Origin: Chroococcus sp. FPU101
Lineage (GTDB): Bacteria > Cyanobacteriota > Cyanobacteriia > Cyanobacteriales > Microcystaceae
NCBI RefSeq assembly: GCF_017312365.1
Contig: NZ_BLJI01000001.1
Location: forward strand, 461,417 to 485,416
Length of the DNA: 24,000 bases
Direction: 5' to 3'
This document shows positions 9,581-15,703 of the stretch, one piece after another. Made by a program: the position numbers and the translations under genes. Numbering within the stretch: the first letter of the stretch is position 1; each line of letters begins with the position of its first letter. Under the pieces are notes generated by a model. That model saw only the letters and a program-made list of their open reading frames with translations, made no database searches and was not told the origin of the DNA.

Positions 9581-10279
9581 CTATTGTACGCCGATCGCAC
9601 GTCCACCAGAGCCAAAAACGATCGGTGTTTGTAGGGTATGGGGTTCCCAACCGACATCAAAACCGTTATCCCAAGCTTGTTTTCTGGCTACTCGAAATGT
9701 CGCAAAACTATCGGGACGCACAATAAAAGCTAAATAGTCTGTTTTCGGATTAAGTGTTTTTAGTAAAGTCGCAAATTTAGCATCTTTTTGAGACAATTCT
9801 TTAATCGTTTCCCCAACATTAGCCGATTTAGGTTCATATAAAATTGCATCACCTCCTACAAAGCGAACTCGATAAAAATCTGTTTCTGTTTGAAAAGATT
9901 GTAGTTGTTTCATCATTGTTATTCTACATCTTTCATATTCTTGGATTTTAAAAAGATAATCTTGGTAGGAGTATTCATCAAGTGTTGAAGGATCAGGGGG
10001 TTCTTGACAAGTTGGTAAAGTATTTAATAATTCATTTAATTGTCGATCAACTATTTTGTCATCAATATACGACACGCGATTATTGCGTATTTCAAAAAAA
10101 TAAGGTTGTTTTTTACTGGCTTTAACTAAAGGAGTCCGTATAATAGAACCAGTTTGAACCGTAATTAAAGTAATAAATAAACTGACAAACATCAAAACAC
10201 CAACAGTATTTGTTAAAATATCTAAAAATGAATCTAGATTCTGTGTTGGTAGATTATTTTGTCTTCGTCTTCTTCGCAT
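9581..10279 (-). CDS. ExbD/TolR-like protein, paralogue 2 (232 aa, retains the TM Asp)
   Basis: N-terminal MRRRRR, then a TM segment SFLDILTNTVGVLMFVSLF. This resembles E. coli ExbD TPFIDVMLVLLIIF with the Asp conserved. The C-terminal YLAFIVRPDSFATFRVARKQAWDNGFDVGWEP parallels the neighbouring paralogue. Its start overlaps the upstream gene by 26 nt. Confidence 0.75.
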   Translation of the reverse strand: MRRRRRQNNLPTQNLDSFLDILTNTVGVLMFVSLFITLITVQTGSIIRTPLVKASKKQPYFFEIRNNRVSYIDDKIVDRQLNELLNTLPTCQEPPDPSTLDEYSYQDYLFKIQEYERCRITMMKQLQSFQTETDFYRVRFVGGDAILYEPKSANVGETIKELSQKDAKFATLLKTLNPKTDYLAFIVRPDSFATFRVARKQAWDNGFDVGWEPHTLQTPIVFGSGGRAIGVQ

Positions 10280-10736
10280 CTGTTTCTGTCTCTATTTTAA
10301 TTTTCCAATTTTGATCAATCGGTTCGTAACCGATATCAATTCCTTGTTTTTCGATTAATCCTCTAACTTGCTGAAATGTTTCTATCCCATCGGGACGCAC
10401 AGCGACAATTAAATACTCTTTATCTTTATTTTGTTTGAGAGTCAAAAGCAATTCTAAGAGAGTATCAGAAAGTTTTAAGTATTGTTGAGGGATAAATTCT
10501 TCTTGAGGATAAATAATAATTCCATCTTGACGACATTCAATATATCTAGGTTTTTTAGACGCATTTTTACCTGTTTCAGATTTAGCAATAATTGTAACTG
10601 ATTGCTGTTCGCCAAATATTTGAGTCGTTAAAACAATAATCAATAAAATAAGTGTGCCGATGGTACAAGCTAGAACAGAAAGAAAGGGAAATAATTCGAT
10701 TTCTGTAGCTGGAGGAGAAAAAGAACGCCGCCGCAT
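10254..10736 (-). CDS. ExbD/TolR-like protein, paralogue 1 (160 aa, TM Asp replaced by Ser)
   Basis: N-terminal MRRRS, then a TM segment FPFLSVLACTIGTLILLIIVL. The periplasmic block YLIVAVRPDGIETFQQVRGLIEKQGIDIGYEP is ExbD-like. It starts 5 nt after the MotA/ExbB-like stop. Confidence 0.75.
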   Translation of the reverse strand: MRRRSFSPPATEIELFPFLSVLACTIGTLILLIIVLTTQIFGEQQSVTIIAKSETGKNASKKPRYIECRQDGIIIYPQEEFIPQQYLKLSDTLLELLLTLKQNKDKEYLIVAVRPDGIETFQQVRGLIEKQGIDIGYEPIDQNWKIKIETETDAKKTKTK

Positions 10737-10741
10737 AAAGA

Positions 10742-12151
10742 TTATTCATCATCCATAAAACTAACAATTCTTGGTTTACTCAATTTATCTAAACTAGGTT
10801 TGAGTTGAGTTAAACTTTCTTTAAGATCAGTTAAAAGTTTTTCGGATTCTAAAACTTCTATCAAAGAATGGTTTAAATTTAGTAATCCTTCTTTGATTTG
10901 ATTGATTTCTGTCAGTTTTAGGGTCGCTTGTTCTAATGAATTTAGTCGATTTTCTAATAAATTTGAAGTACTTTCTAAGTTTTGACTAATTTGAGCAGCT
11001 TGTGCTAAAAGATTTTGAACCGTTTCTATATTACTAGAGCGAATCAGTTCGATAATATTTTCTAAATTAGCCAGTAAAGTAACCTGATTTTTTTGTTGTT
11101 CGATTAAAGATTCGGAAAATTGATTTCTATCTTGTAAATTATTTTGATTAAGTTGTTCGATTTGTGTCACCCAATTAGAACTTAAATTTTGTAGCTTATC
11201 TAATTCTATGACAAAACGCTGTGTGAATTGGCTAACCGCTTGTTGAGCGTATTGATGAGCAGGTTCAATCAATGATTCAGGAGAGGGAAAATATTCTTTT
11301 AAAGCTTCGGAAACGGTTTGATTAATCGTCGTCGTATCTAATAAAGTTTCCTGTTTTTCTCCAAAATTTCCTAATAATCGATCATGAATAAAAATATCTA
11401 TTGCCAATAATAAGCGAGATTCATAACGTTCAACTAAAACCAAAGGAATCATCACTAAAATACTTAATAACAAAGCTAAAAGAGTCGTATCAAAAGCAAT
11501 AGCTAAACCCGTGGTTACTGTGCCAATTCCTTTTTTAATTTGTTCAATATCACCCGCTTTGTCTAATAATCCTGAAAAACCATTAACAGCAGCACTAATC
11601 CCAAAAACTGTACCAATAAATCCTAAGAGTGGAATCGCCCAAACTAAAATTCTTGGTAAAGCATAAGAACTTTCGGAAGAACTTAGATAAAAGGACGAAT
11701 CATCTAACGCAATTTCTGAAGCAGCTTTCCGACTATTGGACTGAAGATAAGCGGCAATGACTCGACTACAACGAGTGGCTAATAAACTGTTAGAACGAGA
11801 TAAGTTTTTTTGTAAAATAGATAAATCTCTATTGGATGGATCATTAAAAAGGTTGGGAATTTCGGGAACTAAATTTTGTTTAAACAAAGATAGTTCTTTG
11901 CTCACCTTAAGCCATTTAGTTATCGTCAACGTAACCACGATCGCACTAAACCAAATTGCTAAATATTGCGTCCAGCCTCTCTCATATAATAAAATACCTA
12001 AATAGGAACCCCTAAAAGGTAAAACTAGACCATAAATTACTAGACTCAGAATTAAAGCGATCACCAAAGTTAAGCCAAAATTAATATCTAGTTTTTTCCG
12101 CTCATGATCACTCGCCACCCAGGGAGATAAACCCTCATTTCTTCGCTGCAT
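10742..12151 (-). CDS. MotA/TolQ/ExbB-family proton-channel protein with a long C-terminal coiled-coil tail
   Basis: AIPLLGFIGTVFGISAAVNGF and GLAIAFDTTLLALLLSILVMIPLV resemble the ExbB/TolQ channel helices. Two hydrophobic segments precede a ~90 aa loop. The last ~190 aa are L/Q/N/E/S-rich heptad-like sequence. The ATG at 12151 (MQRRNE...) is preferred. The ORF track's start at 12163 is a TTG. Confidence 0.85.
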   Translation of the reverse strand: MQRRNEGLSPWVASDHERKKLDINFGLTLVIALILSLVIYGLVLPFRGSYLGILLYERGWTQYLAIWFSAIVVTLTITKWLKVSKELSLFKQNLVPEIPNLFNDPSNRDLSILQKNLSRSNSLLATRCSRVIAAYLQSNSRKAASEIALDDSSFYLSSSESSYALPRILVWAIPLLGFIGTVFGISAAVNGFSGLLDKAGDIEQIKKGIGTVTTGLAIAFDTTLLALLLSILVMIPLVLVERYESRLLLAIDIFIHDRLLGNFGEKQETLLDTTTINQTVSEALKEYFPSPESLIEPAHQYAQQAVSQFTQRFVIELDKLQNLSSNWVTQIEQLNQNNLQDRNQFSESLIEQQKNQVTLLANLENIIELIRSSNIETVQNLLAQAAQISQNLESTSNLLENRLNSLEQATLKLTEINQIKEGLLNLNHSLIEVLESEKLLTDLKESLTQLKPSLDKLSKPRIVSFMDDE

Positions 12152-12180
12152 TTGATTGTTCAAAATATAAACTAAACAAA

Positions 12181-12223
12181 TAATACTAGAAAACCCGCAT
12201 CAATCTGTTATATCATTGCGGGT
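12181..12223 (-). terminator. Putative intrinsic terminator or attenuator after the 69 aa ORF
   Basis: Stem ACCCGCA (12193-12199) pairs with TGCGGGT (12217-12223) around a 17 nt loop. On the minus strand it is followed by TTTCTAGTATTATTT. It lies between the 69 aa ORF and the MotA/ExbB-like gene. Confidence 0.4.
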
Positions 12224-12250
12224 CTAAAAGTCAGTAATAATTACAAATTT

Positions 12251-12460
12251 TTAATAACTATCGTCTTTTAGAACTGTTTTAGAGGATAATAATTGATTAG
12301 CGGTCACCAGAGAATCAGCAACGGCTGTACGATCCGTTAAGGCAACAGTCGGAGTTGCTAGAATTTCTTGTGCTTCTTGACGATAAATAGCCCCAGTGAC
12401 TAAATCAACTTGATCAATTGTCTCTAGGTTGGTACACACTTTTGCTACAGATTCAGGCAC
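12251..12460 (-). CDS. Small hypothetical protein (69 aa)
   Basis: GTG start with GGAGGG about 8 nt upstream, which is a good SD. A hairpin lies downstream. No family recognised. Confidence 0.5.
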   Translation of the reverse strand: MPESVAKVCTNLETIDQVDLVTGAIYRQEAQEILATPTVALTDRTAVADSLVTANQLLSSKTVLKDDSY

Positions 12461-12702
12461 TTGAAAAGCCCTCCTATCTCGCTTATCTTTCTATTTTAGA
12501 CAATAAAACAAATTAATTTCAAAACACATCTATCGAGGGGAGAATTATACTTAGACTCACCCCCAAGTGAAGAATCAACATTGTTTTTTGCATAAAGTGT
12601 ACCGAAACAAGGACAATAGGATAAAGAACTGTTTAAGACTTTTGATCAGCAAAAGTTTTTCTTAAAGAGCGATGAAAGCCTGAGCGAACATTTGTATTAC
12701 TA

Positions 12703-15279
12703 ATGTCTAGCAACAACATTAATTCTTCCCCACCCTTCAAACAAGAAAATTCATCGATTCTAATGATTAACTGGGACAAACCGCCCTTTTGTTGGCTAAG
12801 TCCAGAACAACAACTACAATTAAATCAAAAAGCACAAGTTTATCACTACAAATTAGGCGAAAAAATTTGGGGTTCTGAGGAGACAGACGATCGCTTTACA
12901 GGATATTTTCTAATTATCGCAGGTAAAGTTCGCCTTAGACAAGAAGACTCAACTCAGTCTCTAGCAACCTTAGATGTAGAAAGTTGGTTTGGTGATTGGT
13001 TAAAAACAGAGATCCCCATTAAAGCAGTTGCAGCGAGTAAAACCGTCGAAGTTATTCGCTGGGATAATACGCTGTGGAACTCAGTTACCACCGTCGCTAT
13101 CCAACAGTTTTGGACTCAGCAGCAAACCCGTTTAATCACTCACACCGTTGAAACCTCAAAAACTATATCAGGTTATCCATTTATTTCAAGTACAAATACA
13201 GGTGCAGCGTGTTTAACCATGGCTGCCTATTATCTCCAACTTCCTGCACAATTAGAATGGATACAACGGCGTTTACGAGGGCAAAAACCCCAACAAATCA
13301 TTGATGCTGGCGAAAAAATCGGGCTACAACTGAGAAAGCTACAACTATCTTGGATGGATCTAAAACAGATACAATTTCCTGCGTTAATCCACTGGCAAAA
13401 CGAATCATGGGTTGTTGTCTATGGCATTAGAGGCAATCGTTTAATCATTAGTAATCCGCTTAATCCTGATTCTAAGAACGAAAGTATCCCTAAAACCCTT
13501 GTCGAAGCATCATGGGATGGCAAATTATGGCAAATTGAACTCATTCAAAAGCAACAACGATTTAATTTAACTTGGTTTCTCCCTGCGGTTTGGCAATATC
13601 GAAATCTACTTTTTGAAGTTCTGTTAGCCTCATTTACCCTACAAATTTTGGGTTTAGGAACACCGATTATCACTCAAGTCATCATCGATAAGGTCATGGT
13701 ACAACAGAGTATCCCCACTCTCGATGTTATGGCACTTGCTTTACTCGGTGTTGCCGTTTTTGAAGCTATTTTAGGGATTCTACGTTTATTTATTTTCACT
13801 CATACGGCGCGTCGTCTCGATTTACGATTATCTTCTCAGCTATTTCGTCATCTAATGCGTCTTCCTTTAGCTTACTTTGAAAATCGTCGAGTAGGTGATA
13901 CAGTAGCCAGAGTTCAAGAATTAGAAAATATACGAGAATTCCTTACTGGAACAGCAATGACAGTCATTCTCGATAGCATTTTTGCGGGTGTTTACCTGGC
14001 AATTATGTTTTATTACAATACTAAATTAACCTGGATTGCCTTAGCTGTTTTACCCTTATTTGCGCTACTCACTTTATCCGCCACCCCGATTTTACGATAT
14101 TGGTTAAACGAAACATTTAATCGTAGTGCCGACAGTCAATCTTTTTTAGTTGAAACAATTACTGGAATTCAATCTCTTAAAGGTCATGCTGCCGAAAATA
14201 GCACGAGAGAACGCTGGGAGGGATTATTTGCCCGTTTCATTCGTACAGGTTTTAAAGCCTCTACAACATCGAATATTAGTAATAACATTGGGGGATTCCT
14301 AACCAATTTTTCTAATCTTTTAATTCTTTGGTTTGGGGCGCAATTAGTCATCGAGCAAAAGTTTACAGTAGGTCAATTAGTCGCTTTCCAAATGCTATCA
14401 GGACGAGTCACAGGGCCATTATTAAGATTAGTGCAATTGTGGCAAAATCTACAACAGGTTTTACTCTCAGTGGATCGAATTGGTGATATTCTTAATGTTC
14501 CTCCCGAAGCTGAAGCAGGAACAGGATTAGTTTTACCACCCCTACAAGGTGAAGTCATTTTTGATCAGGTAATTTTTCGCTATCAACCTGATCAAGAACC
14601 GATATTACGAGGTATTTCTTTTACGGCTAAACCTGGAATGTTTGTCGGAATTGTGGGTAGAAGTGGCTCAGGAAAAAGCACTTTATCGAAATTAATTCAA
14701 CGATTATACCCGATCGAAACAGGACGAATTTTAATTGATAGTTTTGACTTAAATAGTGTTGACTTAGGCTCTTTACGACAGCAAATTAGTGTAGTTTTAC
14801 AAGAAGATTATTTATTTAATGGAACGATTTTAGAAAATATTTCTTTGAATAATCCAGATCTGACCGATGAGCAAATTGTTCAAGCAGCTAAACTAGCAGT
14901 CGCTCATGATTTTATCTGTGATTTACCCTATGGATATGATACAAAAGTCGGTGAAAGAGGTGTCGCTTTATCAGGAGGACAACGACAAAGAATTACACTA
15001 GCACGTCTGTTTATTTCACAAGCACCTATCCTAATTTTAGATGAAGCAACAACGGGATTAGATGCAGAAACCGAGCAACAAGTTTTACAAAATTTACAAA
15101 ACTTTTCACAAAATCGCACCGTTTTTATGATTGCCCATCGCTTTGAACCCTTACAAAAAGCAGATTCAGTTTTAGTCTTAGAGAAAGGGATTTTAGTAGA
15201 ACAAGGAACTCACTTAGAATTATTACAAAAACGCGGTTTATATTGGTCACTCTATCAACGTCAGCAAAGTAGTTTTTAG
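12703..15279 (+). CDS. ABC exporter with four parts: degenerate cNMP-binding-like domain, C39-like domain lacking catalytic residues, 6-TM ABC membrane domain, ATPase
   Basis: ATPase motifs seen: Walker A GRSGSGKST, signature LSGGQRQR, Walker B ILILDEAT, H-loop IAHR. C39-like blocks: PFISSTNTGAACLTMAAYY and ALIHWQNESWVVVYGIRGNRLIISNP. These align by eye to ComA/CvaB peptidase domains. The N-terminal beta-barrel-like segment (FGDWL...VAASKTVEVIRW) is cNMP-like. Confidence 0.9.
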   Translation: MSSNNINSSPPFKQENSSILMINWDKPPFCWLSPEQQLQLNQKAQVYHYKLGEKIWGSEETDDRFTGYFLIIAGKVRLRQEDSTQSLATLDVESWFGDWLKTEIPIKAVAASKTVEVIRWDNTLWNSVTTVAIQQFWTQQQTRLITHTVETSKTISGYPFISSTNTGAACLTMAAYYLQLPAQLEWIQRRLRGQKPQQIIDAGEKIGLQLRKLQLSWMDLKQIQFPALIHWQNESWVVVYGIRGNRLIISNPLNPDSKNESIPKTLVEASWDGKLWQIELIQKQQRFNLTWFLPAVWQYRNLLFEVLLASFTLQILGLGTPIITQVIIDKVMVQQSIPTLDVMALALLGVAVFEAILGILRLFIFTHTARRLDLRLSSQLFRHLMRLPLAYFENRRVGDTVARVQELENIREFLTGTAMTVILDSIFAGVYLAIMFYYNTKLTWIALAVLPLFALLTLSATPILRYWLNETFNRSADSQSFLVETITGIQSLKGHAAENSTRERWEGLFARFIRTGFKASTTSNISNNIGGFLTNFSNLLILWFGAQLVIEQKFTVGQLVAFQMLSGRVTGPLLRLVQLWQNLQQVLLSVDRIGDILNVPPEAEAGTGLVLPPLQGEVIFDQVIFRYQPDQEPILRGISFTAKPGMFVGIVGRSGSGKSTLSKLIQRLYPIETGRILIDSFDLNSVDLGSLRQQISVVLQEDYLFNGTILENISLNNPDLTDEQIVQAAKLAVAHDFICDLPYGYDTKVGERGVALSGGQRQRITLARLFISQAPILILDEATTGLDAETEQQVLQNLQNFSQNRTVFMIAHRFEPLQKADSVLVLEKGILVEQGTHLELLQKRGLYWSLYQRQQSSF

Positions 15280-15296
15280 AACTTGTCGTTGTTGAG

Positions 15297-15569
15297 TCAT
15301 GGTAGATTCCATAGTCTTTTTACTTCTTGCACACTAACTTCGGCAGCAGCTTTCATTAGCTTGTCCCTTGTCAATGGCTCGCACTAACAAGTCTAGCATA
15401 GCACTTGGTGAAAAAGGTTGAGCCTCTAAAACACCTAATAAGGCAGTATTTAAGCGAGAATAAGAATATTTAATCGTTCTCTTACATTTTGCAGTTCTTC
15501 TAATTCTAAGATAGTTCTTTCGGTTTCTCCATAATTTTCAAAGATTAACCATTCTTTACGCTGAAGCAT
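15297..15569 (-). pseudogene. Frameshifted remnant of a small gene, possibly antitoxin-like
   Basis: The minus-strand reading starts MLQRKEWLIFENYGETERTILELEELQNVRERLNILILA and stops at 15450. It continues sensibly only after frame changes: ...LNTALLGVLEAQPFSPSAMLDLLVRAIDKGQANE..., then ...AAAEVSVQEVKRLWNLP, stopping at 15297. The tail resembles C-termini of small addiction-module components. Confidence 0.3.
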
Positions 15570-15680
15570 CTTCTATCCTTACTGCTAGTTGTCGTAATAA
15601 GTTAAAGATAATAGTTAATATTTCATCGGTTAATTTTACTATTTTTACTTTAAGCTAAATCCAAAATATAATCAATAAAT

Positions 15681-15703
15681 TTTATAGCTATATTTGCTAT
15701 AAA
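15681..15703 (-). terminator. AT-rich hairpin immediately after the STAND gene stop
   Basis: TTTATAGC (15681-15688) and GCTATAAA (15696-15703) form a perfect 8 bp inverted repeat with a 7 nt loop. A T-rich run follows on the minus strand. The stem is weak because it is all-AT apart from the GC at the loop end. Confidence 0.3.

Noticed and set aside
9232-9660. Full 142 aa form of the ORF
   Set aside because: Its first 27 codons (80 nt) overlap the 3' end of the ExbD-like gene in another frame. The intervening sequence has junk-like composition.
9581-12163. Calling the MotA-like/ExbD-like module a Zorya defence system
   Set aside because: ZorB carries a MotB/OmpA-like peptidoglycan-binding domain, and Zorya loci encode ZorC/ZorD or ZorE effectors. 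Neither is present here. The partners are ExbD-like, and the flanking genes are metabolic. Only the tailed-channel analogy is retained.
12251-12460. The 69 aa ORF as a double-glycine-leader bacteriocin precursor for the adjacent ABC exporter
   Set aside because: The only candidate site (DLVTGA) fits the leader consensus poorly. The exporter's C39-like domain also appears to lack all catalytic residues, so leader cleavage is not expected.
12638-12661. Hairpin ACTTTTG-ATCAG-CAAAAGT plus T5 upstream of the ABC exporter as a terminator or attenuator
   Set aside because: The 7 bp stem is almost all A-T and therefore very weak. There is no upstream plus-strand gene for it to terminate. It is probably fortuitous.
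13195-13215. Cys170 (GAACL) as the catalytic cysteine of an active C39 peptidase
   Set aside because: Anchoring on the conserved G-x-A-C-L-x-M block of CvaB/LagD puts Cys170 at the conserved non-catalytic Cys. The catalytic position is Thr166 (NTG versus D/E-CG), and the His and Asp positions are Ser and Asn.
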